Source: Vicugna vicugna (Eukaryota). From it: a DNA stretch of 64,000 nt. Of this stretch, positions 49,103 through 63,714 are shown in pieces. A program made the translations under genes and the position numbers. The number at the start of each line of letters is the position of its first letter. The stretch's first letter is position 1. The stretch is taken from assembly GCA_013265495.1 (NCBI GenBank), contig MU058718.1, positions 2,441,779 to 2,505,778 on the forward strand. The letters are read 5' to 3'. Under the pieces are notes generated by a model. It searched no databases. It had not been told where the DNA came from and saw nothing but the letters and a program-made list of their open reading frames with translations.

Positions 49103-49907
49103 ACCTCAGAAACAGAACTGAGATTGTGTTATCAAAAGTGAAGTGGGAATAGCTGTGGGTAGATAACTTAGAGTTCTTCCTAGACTCTGGGAGAAGAGGC
49201 CGAGTCACTGCAAGGCACAGTCTAGTGTGTCCTGGATAAGGAAAACAGTAGGTGTAGCTTACAGATTGATGGGTCTGGAGTAGATGTTTGAGTGACAGCA
49301 CTGGTGGGCCTAACTCATCTGACTTGAGCACAGTATGACTGAGCTGTACTTGGGGTCTAAGATTACTAGATCCAGTTGTCTGAAGAGGGGTAGCAGTCTT
49401 TAGAGAATCATCCAGGACAACAGAACAAGCTAGGACTGAAGAGGGGAATTAAACTTCTGTAAAAGGCAGCCTGGAGAATAAGTCCTCAGCGGATTGGCAT
49501 GTTGGAAAAGATAAAGCAAAGATTTTAGACAATTAATGGGGATTTTATTTAGCCAGGATCCAAAAAAGTCATTCTACCCTTTACTGAAGACAATGCTGTG
49601 GACCTTGCTTCCTTCAGGATAGCTAGTCCTCTAATCTTAGGATGTGGCTCTTGTCTTCAAGGTCCGAGATGTCTGTTGATAGCCCAGCATCTCATCTGAT
49701 TACAGGAAAGCAGGAGGAAAGAAGGGAAGAGGGGAAGGCTTTCTTCATTTTAAGGAGACATCCCAGAAGTTCTATATATCACTTCTATTTACTTTTCATT
49801 GACCGGAACTTATTTACATGGCTAAATGAATGTAGTTACAAAGGAGACTAGGAAATGACATTTTTTTCAGCTGGATAGTAAGGCACTCAATTAAAATTAG
49901 AGTTCCT

Positions 49908-50190
49908 GTACAAACTTCTAGTTATGAAATAATTAAGTACTGGGGATATAATGTACAATATGATGACTATAATTAGCACTGCTGTATGGTATATTTGAAA
50001 GCTGCTAACAAAGTAGATCCTAAAAGTTCTTGTCACAAGGGAAAAAATCTGTAACTATATGAGGTGATGGATGTCAGCTAAACTTATTGTGGTAATCACT
50101 TCACAGTATATGTCTGTCAATTCATTATGCTGTACACCTCAAACTTATTCAGTGTTGTATGTCAATTACATCTCAATAAAACCAAAAAAA
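49908..50190 (+). mobile_element. L1MA-like 3' UTR
   Basis: gtacaaacttctagttatgaaataattaagtactggggatataatgtacaa...gtcaattacatctcaataaa; flanks aaattagagtt / aaatagagtt. Confidence 0.75.
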
Positions 50191-51499
50191 TAGAGTTTTT
50201 AAGAAAAAAAGGGGGAGAATAGATATTAAGTCAGAACTAACAGTCTGTCATGGAGAGTAACTATAGCTCTCTATAACTGGGTTTTGAAGAAGACGTCAAT
50301 TTTCTTGACAGCATAAACAGTTAAGGAAGGAGTCTGTTTTTTATTTCTATTAATATTTAGTAAGGTGCATCCTATTTTCAAAGAAATGTCAGGATTACCA
50401 ATTAAATATGTTAGCCTGAACACAGACTTCTTTCTGCTCTCTCTCCAAACTCCACTAGGATGACACTGAATCAATTCAAATAGCAAGTGAGAGTGAGGTA
50501 GCTTTCTGAAATCAGGAGGATTTAGTGAAAGATTTCCTACTGAATGGCCAGATCTCTTCCTATTATCTTTCTCCTTTTGGCTCTGCAAATGCTGGCTGTT
50601 TGATTTATTACCTCTTGTCCCCTCTTCCCATACCCTACTTCCACCAGGTAGGAGATTGGAAGTCTTTCTGGAGAAAATGACTGGTTTGTGAAAATATATT
50701 AACTTGAAAATACTTAACTTAGCCATGCACAAAATTAAAGGAAAAGAATAGATTACAAGGTGTAAATATATGGGGTAAGAAACATGGACAAAAAAGAACT
50801 TGGTTGAAACAAGTATTTCAGAGTCAGAGTTAAGTTGTTTGCCTCATGTTAATGAGATATGGATAATTAAGGAATTCTTATATTTGAGTGTATCAAGAAC
50901 AAGATGGACACAGTTATTGAGTCAAAGGGGCAAAATTCTCTTTTAGTTTTTTAGTTTACACATGCTTTGACTCTTTAAAATATAATTATACTTTCTCTTA
51001 TATTTTTGCTTATTGAGGGCAGAGAGTCTCCATTTAACTTTTAAATACAATAGTTGTGGTAATTTGTAATCATGATACTAAATATCCTGTGGAAAATTCT
51101 ATTTGCTAATGTTTGTTCACTTAAGTTGTAAACTTTTCCTCATGGAAAATTGAATTTTCTGTGCTTTTTTCTTAGAAGTAAAGCACTGATCATCACCATA
51201 CTTGTCTTGTTATAGTTAACTTTACCAGCATACAAAGCCATGCAAATACCTGAGATAGTTCCTTGTTATAGTTGTGTGAGTGAAAAATAAAATGGAGTTT
51301 ATAAAATATTCATTTCTAAAACACAACTCAAAATCTCATTCTTATACAAACTCAAGAGAAAAGAGCTACGAACACTGACACAGGGTGATCCTCTGAAATG
51401 CAAGCAACATTGGCCTGGTCACCCTTTAAGAAAGTGGCCAGTCCCCATCAGGCAAGCCCTGCCTATGCACACAGAGCTTCCAATCACTTTTTTTTATTA

Positions 51500-52230
51500 C
51501 ATCCATGGGACATCTAGATACAGAAAACAAAATAATCAAGGCGAAACCTCCCAGAGGAAGCTAGGACAATGCAACAGCAGAATACTTTAGGTTAGAGGAG
51601 ATATGCTTTGCATAATAAAATTATTAAGATTTTGTATAAAGATGGATTATTCAGAAATAGCAAAAAAAAAGGCTTTTTAGAAATTAAAAGTAAGATAGCA
51701 CATAAAAATTTAAAGGGTTGGAATTTAAAGCTGAGGATACCACCAACCTTCGATTGTAAGTGGAGCAAACAGACTAAGAGACAGACAATAGGAGAGTAAA
51801 GGAAACAAAATTAAAGATCAATCCAGGAAGTCCAACATCAGTCTAAAAGATATGGAATCAAGAGAGAACAAGAGAAAATGGAGGGGAAGAAGCTATCAGA
51901 GAAAGAATACAAGACAATTTTCCTGTCTTCTAAAATTTCAATTTTAACTGAAGGATAAAAGTTTTCAAATTTAAAGTGTCCACTGAGAACCCAGCACAAT
52001 GGTTGAAAAAGGTCACTCCAAGGCATACCTTAAGAAATTTTATGTCACCAAGGTTAATGCCATAGCTTTTGACTTCTTGACTTCGACATTGGAAATTAGA
52101 TGAAAATGAAGCAATGCCAAATCAACATTCGGAGGTGAATGAATTTCATCCTCAAACTATCAATTAAGTATGAGTATAGAATAAAAACGGTTTTAGACGT
52201 GCAACTTTTCAAAAACTTTACCTGTCACAC
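51500..52230 (+). mobile_element. Degenerate L1ME/HAL1 ORF1 region
   Basis: gatcaatccaggaagtccaacatcagtctaaaag...gaaaatggaggggaagaa...gaacccagcacaatg typical of old L1 ORF1. Confidence 0.55.
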
Positions 52231-53489
52231 AGTTAAGGATACTCAAATACAAAGAGAGTTCAAGGAAAATGCTCAGAATCCAAAGCAGGAAACACCTTAG
52301 GCCTCGTGGGAACTAGAAAGTAACTAGGCCACAACCTTCTCTGTCTTTCTCTGTCCCTTTCTGTTGCTCTGGTCTCTTATCTCTGCATACCTTTCTCCTC
52401 TCAATAGAGACCACTTCTGTGAGTCTTTTCATTTCCTGGCTTGATTGAGATTCTGACTTTGCTGATGCTGATAGGGAGAAAATGAAGTGAGGGTGGTTCT
52501 TGAATACCTTCTAACTAATCAGCAAAGACAAATACAGATTTAAGTTTCAGAATAATCCAGAGAAGCCATGAATCATTAAAGACCACAGTGCTAGTTTGCA
52601 TGTTACAACTTGAGGTGAATGGCAGAAGCTAATAATTGTTCCCCAGTATCTACTCTCTTCTTCTTTCTTTTAATAATCAAACTCCCACATTTAACCTCGG
52701 CACATGACTGCCCAGCTAGAGACATATCTAGGCCTCTAATGGAACTAGATGGGTTGCCATTGACCAAGTTTGGGTCAATGGAATGTTAGCAGAAGTGATG
52801 TGTCCACTTGTAAGTAATGTCTTGCCTTTCACTGCCTCTGTATCCCTTCCCACAAATATAGCTTAGCCATAAGATTAGGATTATGTGAAACAGCACTAAT
52901 TCCTTTAAAGTCAGGATTTAAAAGGAATTCTTGTAATCATAACTAGACAGAAAAAATGTGAAAGCAACTTACAGAATATGAATATATCTGACAAGACGGA
53001 CTCACTACCCTAATGTAGTTTAACATGTATATTCATTAATGTTTTTAGGGTAAAAGTATTCTAAATATTCTTCAGTTTTTATTCTTGTTGAATAAGACAA
53101 AATAGCTAGTTCAGTCTGTCTCTTCAAAGCAGCCGTCCACAAGGGTCTACTTTCTTGAAGTTCTTTAATAAACTGCTAATTGGGACATAGTCTCTTGGCT
53201 TCAGCTACAGTTTTTAGCCAGGGCTGAATTTTAAAATATGTGCCTTATAATTTTTCTGTTTCCAAAAGAGACAGGTTCTAATCCTAAAGAAAATAAGGTC
53301 AATTATGGGGAGCTTAAAAAGCTTGTCACAGGACAGAGTTGAAGGGGAAAATTAATCAGTCTTCTCTTCTGTAGGGCCTGAACTGTCCTCCCAGCTGTCC
53401 CCTTTATGTCTGAGCTTTCTGCATTTCACTGGATAAACTAAAGGATAAAAAATTAAGAACAACTCATTTTTTTTAAAAAGTACCAAAAT

Positions 53490-54000
53490 TTACTCAAGAG
53501 AAATGAAAATATATATTCCTATGAAAGCTTATATATTAATATTTAGAGTAGCTTTATTAATAATCACCAAAAACTGGGAACAAGCCAAAGTCTCTCAACT
53601 GCCAAATGGATAAACATTTCACTCAGCAATAAAAGTAGGATAAACTACTCTGCAACAAAGAGGAATGATTATCGATATATGAAATGATATGGGTTCATCT
53701 CAAATGCATTATGCTAGGGAAGAAAGCCAGATTCAAAAGGCTATCCATGGGGTTATTCCACTTATATTACATTCTGAAAAAGGCAAAACAATAGGAATAG
53801 AAAAAAATCAATGGTTGCCAAGGACTGAGAGGGAAGGATTGACTACAAAGTTCAACACAAAGGAATTTTGGTGGGTAATGGAAGAATTCTGACTTGATTC
53901 AGGTCATGGTTACACAACTCTAAGCATTTGTTAAAACTCATAGAACTCAAAACTGAAAAGAATAAATTTAACTGTATGTAAATTAAGAAAAAATAAAAGA
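53490..54000 (+). mobile_element. Old L1M 3' end
   Basis: tactcaagagaaatgaaaatatat...ccaaaaactgggaacaagcc...gaaagccagattcaaaaggcta...tttaactgtatgtaaatta. Confidence 0.7.
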
Positions 54001-55168
54001 AAAATGCAAAGCTTAAGAAAGGATAAAATTAAAAACTTGTTAGAATATAGCCTATAAGATAAATGCTATCCGTGGGTATTCTGTTCTTTTTTAAATTGCA
54101 TTTTAAAATTATTTCAATATTTACTCTTATTTTTATTAAAAAATAAAACACAGATATATAAAACCACACACAACAAATGCATGACTTAATGAATTATTAT
54201 AAGATAAATATTCTTATAAGCAACAAGGTCAAGACAGAACTTTCCAGCCACCCAAGGAGCCCCCTTTGTGCCCCATTCTGATAACAAGCCCTCCCTCCCA
54301 CCATTGGTAGCTCCCATCCTGACTTTTACAGTAATCACTTTCTTGTCTTTCTTTATGGTTTTATCACTCTTTATAGTTTATCACTTTGTGCATCCTAGCC
54401 ACAATAACGTAGACTTGTTCCTTTTGGAAGCTTATCTCTTTTAAGTCTCTTATAATCTTTAGTTTCTCTTTCTATCCCATTTGTTTCCAAACAATTTATC
54501 TGTTGAAGAACCTGGGCCCTTTGGCATGCAGTTGTTCCCAGTCTGGTTGTTGCTGCCTGCATGTTCCCAGTGAAACTTAACATGTCCCTTTGTCCCCTGT
54601 ATTTTCTACAAGCTGTTGGCTGAATCCAGATCTGACTCAGGTTCCAACCCCTTGACAAGGACATGGGTGGTCCTTCGTTCTTTCATCAGGAGTCTTTCTC
54701 ATTGAAGATGGCAAATTGATTAATCAAAATTCACAAAGCTAAATAAAATATATTTAAATAATTAAACTTTTAAATGATATGCTTTGTTAATTTGTAACAT
54801 TTATATTTTTGAAATTTTAAGCCTTAAAATTGCCCTGCAACTTTTGGGACATCCTCTTATAATATAAAACCAAAGTACCACATGTGTTCATAATGATACT
54901 TCTGATTCAAATTCAGGACTCTGTCTCTTCATTTCATTACATTTGTATGTCCTTTTGTCTATACCCAAATTTCTGGTTCTCAAGGACACTAGCGATGATA
55001 GAATTACGATGTCAGTCTTTGAGTATTCTTAAGTATAACATTATGCATGTATAGTACACAATCTTGTGAAATCTATTCTTTGATTTAGAGACACAACTAA
55101 TGAAATTCATATTGTATTGTTAAACTGTTTCAAGACCATATATGTGGAAATAAATTATCCCCCTCACT

Positions 55169-55664
55169 TTTTTTTTTAATATATATATTTTTTATTGAAG
55201 TTAGTCAGTTTACAATGTTGTGTCAATTTCTGGTGTATAGCATAATGCTTCAGTCATACATAAACATACATATATTCATTTTTATATCCTTTTTCATCAT
55301 AAATTACTACAAGATATTGAATATAGATATCTGTGCTATACAGTATGAACTTGTTTATTTTATATATATTAGTTAGTATCTGCAAATCTCGAACTCCCAA
55401 TTTATCCCTTCCCACCCTCTTCCCCACCTGGTAACCATAAGTTTGTCTTCTATGTCTGTGAGTCTGTTTCTTTTTGTAAATAAGTTCATTTTTTTTTTTT
55501 TTTTTTTTTTTTAAGATTCCACATATGAATGATGTGGTATTTTTCTCTCTCATTCTGGCTTACTTCACTTAGAATGACAATCTCCAGGTCCATCCATGTT
55601 GCTGCAAATGACATTATTTCATTCTTTTTTATGGCTGAGTAGTATTCCATTGGTGTGTGTGTGT

Positions 55665-55698
<34 letters not shown>

Positions 55699-56065
55699 CT
55701 GTGTGTCTGTGTGTCTGTGTGTGTGTGTGTACACCACAACTTCTTTATCTAGTCATCTGTTGATGGACATTTAGGTTGTTTCCATGTCTTGGCTATTGTA
55801 AATAGTGCTGCTATGAACTTTGGGGGTGCATGCATCTTTTTGAATTAAGGTTCCATCTGGATATATGCCTAGGAGTGAGATTCCTGAATCATATGGTGAG
55901 ACTATTTTTAGTCTTTTGCAGAATCTCCATACTGTTTTCCATCATGGCTTCACCAAACTACATTTCCCCTCAACAATGTAGGACGGTTCCCTTTTCTCCA
56001 CACCCTCTCCAGCATGTATCATTTGTGGACTTTTCAATGATGGCCATTCTGACTGGTGTGAGGTG
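55169..56065 (-). mobile_element. 5'-truncated L1 with internal compound (TG)/(TC) microsatellite (~55653-55730)
   Basis: L1 3' UTR and ORF2 tail; perfect TSD ccccctcact at 55159-55168 and 56066-56075. Confidence 0.9.
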
Positions 56066-56384
56066 CCCCCTCACTGTTTTTGAGTCAGCCTTGATTTAAA
56101 ATTAAAGTTAACATCAGAGATCAAATTGTTTTGGAACAGAACTTGTAGGAAAACTTTAAGAAGCCATTGATATAAATGCTTTTGTAAGTTGAAACCATTG
56201 AAAGCACTGGATTAACAGTTAGCCTTTATTTAGATAGATAAGGAAGATAGCCAGTAAATATCTACAGTATGAAATGCCATAAAATATAGGTTAAAATCTA
56301 TATTTACTCTTCTTATCATGAATTTGCAGCTTCATCTAAGTCTATTTACTAAAAGGGCAAAGAGCTTCTTTTAATACTGAAAGT

Positions 56385-56819
56385 TTATAAGTGAAGTAAG
56401 CCAGAAAGAGAAAGAAAAATACCATCTGATATCACTTATATGTGGAATCTAAAAAAAAATGACACATATGAACTTAGAAACAGACTCATGGAGAAAACAA
56501 ACTTATGGTTATTGAGGGGGAATAAGGATGGGAAGGGATAAATTGTGAGTTCAAGATTTGCAGATACTAAATACTATACATAAAATAGATAAACAACAAG
56601 GCCCTACTGTAGAGCACAGGGAAGTATATTCAATACCTTCTAATAGCCTATAATGAAAAAGAAAATGAAAAGAAATATATATATACACACACATATATAT
56701 ACACACACACATATATACATATATATACACACACGTGTAACTGAATCACTGTCCTGTACACCAGAAATTAACACAACATTGTAAACTGACTATACTTCAA
56801 TTAAAAAAAATCTAAAAAA
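56385..56819 (+). mobile_element. Short L1 3' end
   Basis: aagtgaagtaagccagaaagagaaagaaaaatacc...actgactatacttcaattaaaaaaaa; TSD aatactgaaagt (56373-56384) / aatattgaaagt (56820-56831). Confidence 0.88.
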
Positions 56820-57159
56820 AATATTGAAAGTCTGTGTTGATAGTTTCAAGGACTGGTGAGAGATGAATGTTTGATAACACCTGTTGGAAGGCGTGCTGTA
56901 GAAAACTAGGTTTGTTCATGTAAAACTGTCAACAATGTTTGCCATATGAGGTTGTTCTCACTCATCAACTTATTGTGACTAACTAACCAGCTGACAGTGA
57001 CCTCAATGATCCAGTATTTTGCAAATAAAATGTAAAAATAATGCTAATATATAAATTTTAAATCATAACAAAGACACTCTTTTCTATAAAATACATTATA
57101 TATCAACATATATAAATTAACTTTCAGATATCAGGTGCCACTGCTGTACTTTAAATTTC

Positions 57160-57353
57160 ATGTTGGATGTTTAGTTTTGGCTATAAAATTATTTGCTAGT
57201 TAACTGTACAGATCTATCTTAAATTGTCTGGCTTGTCTTCCATTTTAAATATGTTTACACTACTTTCTTTTTGAAAGTATTGAATTATTGGGTTGAAGAC
57301 CTTATCTTAAAGATCTATAGAGTACTTGCTACTCATTGCAAATATATGTAACT
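57160..57353 (+). repeat. Dispersed direct repeat, copy 1 (partner 58554-58748)
   Basis: atgttggatgtttagttttggctataaaattatttgctag...cattgcaaatatatgtaact; 3 substitutions and 1 indel versus copy 2. Confidence 0.95.
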
Positions 57354-58553
57354 CTAAAAATACGAGTAGATGAGATTTTAATAAGCATTTAATAAAAGGG
57401 AAGATAAAGATGAATCAGTAATAAATTAGAAGACATAGTGGAAAAGGCAGAAAAGGCTTTAAAAGGAAATAATGATCAATAAACTGAGCAAAACAGATAG
57501 AATGAGAAGGTTTAAATGGTAAAAAAAAAATGTAAACCAATAATAAAAATAAAAGTGAGGGTTGTCTCTTGTCTCAGGTATGAAATTCATTATTTCAATT
57601 TGGTTGTGTAAAAAAAATGAGGTTCAGGGGAGCTTTTCTTAACTATTAGTAGGCCCTCAATTCAGTCTTTGCTAAGGGTAGAAAACAAACTTGCCAATTC
57701 AATTTAATTCAGTTCCTTGCAGTTTAAAACATAATCACTTTCGTCTAATTGCTCTGTTCACTTGACCTTCTCCATCTCTCTCTGTTCCTTGCCTTCTCGC
57801 TGCCGGTGGCCTGAGAATGCAGCAGCTGCACAGTTTCCCAGCCCTGGGGGAGGGACGTCTGTTATCCTCCAGCCTCTGCCCTCGCTGGCCTCTCCCCTCT
57901 GGGCTTGACCATGTGCTGAGTCCACCCAGCTCCCTTGCTGATGCCTGCAGCGCTATTGTGGCTTGGAGTCAGTAAGTTCCACACATGTTGCCTCCTCTTT
58001 GTCAGAATGATGAGCTCTCTTCCATCTGTAGGCTTCTCTCAACCTACCTCTGTGTCTTTCTGCTGGGCAAATTTCAATCCCAGAGGCTCTTTTGTGCCAC
58101 CCGGGTGTACATGGGCCTCTGTGGGGCTGCTGTCAGGTCTACTTTCATGGACACCACACTCAGCACTGCTAATTCATTGCCTTGAGTCAGGCTGGACTTG
58201 GGGCTTCTCTAGGGCCCTTCTCTCAGTTTCCTTAGGGAAGGGAAGTACACAGCTCCTCTGTTCTGGAGGCCCCCCTCCCCAGACTCATCAGAAAGTTCTT
58301 GTCAGCCCTACGAGGAACGTTGGGGCGCAGCCTGCAGAGGAAGCAGCTCAGGTCCAGGCTCTTCTCAGAAGCTGCATCTCACTTCATGCCCTTTTTAGGT
58401 CTCCCTTTTTAGCCCCTGATTGAATTCTCATTTCCTTTTGGGAGGGGAAACATCTCTGATAACATCCTGTACCTCTCCCCACAGAGGGACATACACAGCT
58501 TCCTCTGGGGCCTCTGGGCCCCCAAAAGTAAAATACAAACAAGACACTTTTGG

Positions 58554-58748
58554 ATGTTGGATGTTTAGTTTTGGCTATAAAATTATTTGCTAGTTAAACT
58601 GTACAGATCTAACTTAAATTGTCTGGCTTGTCTTCCATTTTAAGTATGTTTACACTACTTTCTTTTTGAAAGTATTGAATTATTGGGTTGAAGACCTTAT
58701 CTTAAAGACCTATAGAGTACTTGCTACTCATTGCAAATATATGTAACT
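58554..58748 (+). repeat. Dispersed direct repeat, copy 2 (partner 57160-57353)
   Basis: Same sequence, sitting as an AT-rich block inside GC-richer DNA. Confidence 0.95.
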
Positions 58749-59369
58749 AGCTCAGGCTGCTGGCTCTTCCTCCAAACCTGTCCCTGGAGGGGCCACAGAG
58801 GGAGACGGAGGTGTGTGGAGCTGGAAAAGTAAGTGAACAAAGGGAAGATTTGAGTGAACCCTCATGGGAAGCCATACAGGGAACCTCGGCTGATATGTGG
58901 GAATTGAGGACAGAGAACCTGGTCAGATGCTGGCAGACATCCAACCCCTGAAGGTCGCTCCTCTCCTGCCCTTCCTGGAAGCCCAGGAGAATAAAACAGG
59001 GGAGACATTTTAAAATAGAACAGCCTAGGGGTAGAAGAGGCAAGTGGGGGTTCCTGAGGGGCCCCGCTGCCTGGTGAAGAGGATAAGCAGGAGTGGTGAT
59101 TTGCATCTGGGCCCCAGAGGCTCTGAGGCTTTGCCCTTACTCTTGCCCCTTGGTCCTGCCAGGAGAGCACAAGCTAAGGCCCCCGCATCAGCACTCCTGG
59201 AGCACTTTGCTAGTCAAGGAAGATGTGAAAATGACTGGAAATTGTCTCCTACTATTCATTTTCAATTTTTACCAAGTTGAAAAAAATTATCCATTTTTTT
59301 AGCTGGACACGATTGCCCAGAATAAGAACTAAATTTCCCAGCCTCCTTTGTAGCTAATTGTGTCCATAT

Positions 59370-61580
59370 GACAAAGAATATTTTAGCAACTGTATGCTAA
59401 TACATTTGAAATCTATCAAAGTATATTTCTGAAAAAAATATAAAGCTAATATTGTCACAAAAATAACTTGAATGGGCCAATAATCATTAAAGAAATTAAA
59501 ATGATAGTCATCAGAGATGTCCACCATTCACCCTAAAAATTCCAGGTTTAGACAGCTGTATAGATACAGATACGGGTATAAGTATGGACAAACAGCAAGG
59601 TAATGCTGTCTAATGCAAGTTGTTTCAGAAAACAGGAGAAAAAAATGCCCAATTCTTTTCACGAGGCTTGTTTAAACTTGTTTCCAAAACTGAATAAGGA
59701 AAGGAAAAGCAAAAATAGTTATGGGCCCATTTTCACTCACTAACACAGAAGTCATAAGCAAACTATTAGTTAATCAAACCCAACAATATATTGAAATACA
59801 TTAGGATAAAGGAGTGTCTCCCAAGAATGCAAGAATGGTCTGACATCTGAGAAATCTATTAAAGTAATTCATTACTTCACCGCAACAAAAGATTAAAATC
59901 ACATGATTATTTCAAAAGATGTGGAAACAACATTGATAAAATTCAACACCTAAAATAAATAAGAAAATAAGTAAACTCTAAGGAAAGAAGGAGTAAATGA
60001 GAGCTTCCTTAATTTCATGAAGTCTAAAAACCAAAAACGAATGGTAATTGTCTTTCTAAATGGAGAAAAGTTAGACACTTTTTTTTTAGCCCAAGAACCA
60101 AAGCAAAAAAAGGGATTATCACATTACCATTATTTTGTAACAGATATCATGGTCATTGTGATAAGTCAATCAATCAGTCAATTGATCAAATGATCAAATA
60201 AGCTGTATAAGAAATAAAAAGGTAGGAAAAAGCTATCATTAATGGCAGATTAACCAATTCTGTACAACGAGGATCCAGGAGAATTGACAGACACATTATT
60301 GGAATTCATAGTGGAATTCATCAAGGTTACTTAATAAAAGATCCTTATACAAAAGTCAATTACATTCCTTTACACCAATAGTTAGGTTGATGTAATTTTT
60401 TTAAAATAAAAAATATTTTAAGGCAATAAGAAATGTAAAGCACCAAGAAACAAATATCACAAAATATATACAAGATCTTTAAGGTGAAGATATTAAAGAA
60501 AACCTAAATAATGGAAAGATTTATTATTATTTTGTGAATACATAGATTTAATATAAAAAAGATTTATTTTTGTCAAGTTAATAAACAATGTTAATACAAT
60601 GAGTCTTGGATTAATAAGTGTTAATACAATAAAATTCTATTTTTTGTGGAACTTAATATCTCTAAATTTTATTTTAAAAAGAGCGAAGGGCCAAGAAGAG
60701 CCAAGAGAAATTTTAAAGATGAACCAGCAGGGATACATGCCTCATCAGATAGGGAAATTATAATGAAGTTAAGTAATTAAAACAGTATAATTTAAGTACA
60801 GAAATAGAAAAATGAAATAATGGAACAGATTAGGGAGTTTAGGAACAGGCCCATGCATGTAAGGAAGCTTGCTAAAAAAATGAAAGAGATGGCAATACAG
60901 AACAGCAGGAGAAGGATGGACTATGTGAGAAATGGTCCTGGGGAAAATAGTTAACCATAGGAGGAAAAATAAAACCAGAGCTCTTCATCTCACCACGCAC
61001 GAAAGATGATTCCAGCTGAGCTGGACCTTGATGTCCAAAGCAAAATTTTAACTCTTTGGAGGAAAATGTTAGAAAATTTCCTTATGTTAGGGCATGAAAA
61101 TAGTTTTTTTTTAATAAAAGACAAAGTTAGCTCAAACCATAAATGAAAGATTGGAAAATTTGACTCGATTTTTAAAAAAAATTCCATATTACAAAAGACA
61201 GGATGGAGAAGACGATAAGCTATTTGCAGTGTGGGTGATGGACACAGACTCGGGACTTAATATGTAAAGATACCTAAAAAGAAAAGAAAAAAGGCAGATA
61301 ACACAATACAGAAATGGCAAAGGAAATCAATAGGCAATTAATGGAATTAACCTCAAGAATAATCAAGGAAATGCAAATGAAAACCACAGTGAGGTACCAT
61401 TTCTCTCCTATATTGGTAAAAATTAAAAAGTCTGATCACTCCTGTGGGTGGAGATAATATGGATCAACACTGCTGGGGCGAGGGAGGAGAGTGTAAGTTA
61501 GAATCATTGCTTAGAACAATTTGGCAAAATTTAGTGATGTTGAGAATGCATATTCACTATAATGCTGCAATTTCACATCT
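59370..61580 (+). mobile_element. Long degenerate L1M ORF2 remnant
   Basis: Serial L1 ORF2 signatures: ccaagaatgcaagaatggt, ttgataaaattcaacacc, tggaacagattagggagt, atcaaggaaatgcaaatgaaaaccacagtgaggtacc. Confidence 0.75.
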
Positions 61581-63714
61581 TGTCTTGTTCAGAGATGAGA
61601 CATGGAGGTCAAGAAAGTAAAGTGTGTATTAAGTGATAGGACACTCTCACAGGGAGAGGAGGCAGACTCAGGTGAGCAGCTGTGCTGAGTTTCTTTGGCA
61701 AGCTGGTTACACAGAATGTAAAAATGAATGTGCAGAATATTCTTTGGAGAGGGAGGAATTGGGGTCACAGTCACTGATTTTCATCCCAGCTCCACTTTCC
61801 TGAGGGGAAGAGGGATTTTTGTCCTTATTTAGTCTGGATCAGAAGTGTCATGACATCAGTGCATGATGGGTACTTCTAATCTGCAAGGCTAATTTTATTG
61901 TAATGAGGGCAGAATGAACAAAGGTTACATTCAGGTGCTAGGGATTCCTGCCTTTTCCCACCTTTCTTTGCCTGCCTCCAGGACACTTGTCACCCCCAAG
62001 TTGTATTACTGCTTATCAGTCTGGAGGTTCCTGCTTTTTTCTTTCTGCTCAAGGACCCGTGTTGTTCACAAGATGTATGGTTTCCTGCCATTTGGCCCAG
62101 GCCCCTCTTTCTCTGCTCCTATTTAGCTATCTGCCTACTTTAACAGTTGGGTTTCTAGGCCCAGAGAATTCAGGGGGGGTTAGACTCCTATTTAACCCTA
62201 TTTGAGCATCTCATACCATGAAGGAGGCTTTCATTCTAAGTCACCATGACCATGGGCTCTACCCAAATCTTTTCGACTGTAGCCATCCCTCTCCTTGTGG
62301 GCTCTAAAAAAGGTGCATGTACAAGGAAAAAGAGCAAGAAAAAGAAAGTCACACTAATTGCTGTTGTGGCTTAGCCTCTAACTCTAGTCCCTATCTTAGA
62401 GAACTCTGTTAAGGTGGGCTGCTTTGTGATTTGCGTAAGCTATTAGGTGATATGGCCTCAGACTAAGGAAGCTTTGAGCACAGAAGTCTTTCACCCATTA
62501 CTTCCTCCTCTACCATCTCCCATAACACCTGGGGCATCTTGAATCTTTGCTCTTAACACCAGTGTCAACTCTGATTAGAGACTGACCCAGCCACCTGCCA
62601 TGCCCTTGCCAGACAACACCACAGGACAGAAGTGGCACGGACGTGCTTACCCCAGCAAGGAGCTGGCAGCAGCCACAGCAGAGGCATAGACCTGGCCCAG
62701 CTGTGTAGAAGCATGGGGCAGGAGGAGATGAGTAGATTTCCACCCATGTGGGAACAGACCCTCACATAGGACTCCAGCCAAGAGAAAAGGAGTTGCAAGA
62801 AAGAGAGTCGTACCCTTATGGCTTTTAAACCCTGACTGTACCCTTTAGAAAACTTAGTTGGAGCAGTGCCCTGACAACCGATTAAACCAAATCTATATTA
62901 AGGCTCCCTAGGGTGCAAGAAAAAAGGGAAAGGAGAAGAGGAGGGCTTTGTGTTCTTCCCCCTGCCCAGCCCAGGTGCATGGAAAGGTATTACCAATCCC
63001 CAGATCCTGGTGAGTCTGGGTCCCAGCTTCGCTCAAGCCAAGACACTTATTGCAATGGTAGAGTTAAATCTTTCATCCAGAAATCTGCCCAGGAAAACTA
63101 GCCCAGAAATCTTTAGATAGAGAAAATAGAATGTGCTTATCAGGACATGGAGAGAAAAGGTAAATAACGTCAGAAGTTTGAGTTTTAGTTAAACTGTAAT
63201 TATTTAAGCGGTGTAGGAAGTCATTGAACAATTCTTCCATTCTTCTAACTAAATGTTCATGAAATGAATTAGCTATAACATGTTAAATATTCTTACATGT
63301 ATAAATTACTCATCATAAAATCACATCCAGGTAGCTAAAATCAGTCTTAAAATATTAAAAAATGACCCCTTCATGTCATCTCGGGATCATGTTTAAAAAC
63401 TTGAATAGTTCTACTAGTTAATCTCAAGTCCAGTAGGATTTAGACCACAACATTCAAAATTCTAACTGATGACCTGGTAGTAATTTATAATCCTGTGACT
63501 AGGATAATTAAGTTGTCATGATGTCAAGAAATGATACAAAATAGTATAAATAGTATAAATGAAATGAAAAATTCATGGTTATTATAGAAATCTTAAAATG
63601 ATTTAAAAATAATCCATAAAGAAAAACTTGTTTATCCAACATTTACTAGCATCATTGGTCCTTTTTCCCAATGTCAGAATTCTCCTTCTGTTTGTTTTTG
63701 TGTTTTTTTCCAGT

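Noticed and set aside
52850..57350. AT-rich stretches between the L1s that might be pieces of an old hAT transposase
   Set aside because: I could not read a convincing motif or TIR; needs a Dfam search.
57160..58748. Direct repeats read as LTRs of a small retroelement carrying the 162-aa ORF 57935-58423
   Set aside because: No TG...CA termini, PBS, PPT or TSD; the ORF starts at TTG with no recognisable domain.
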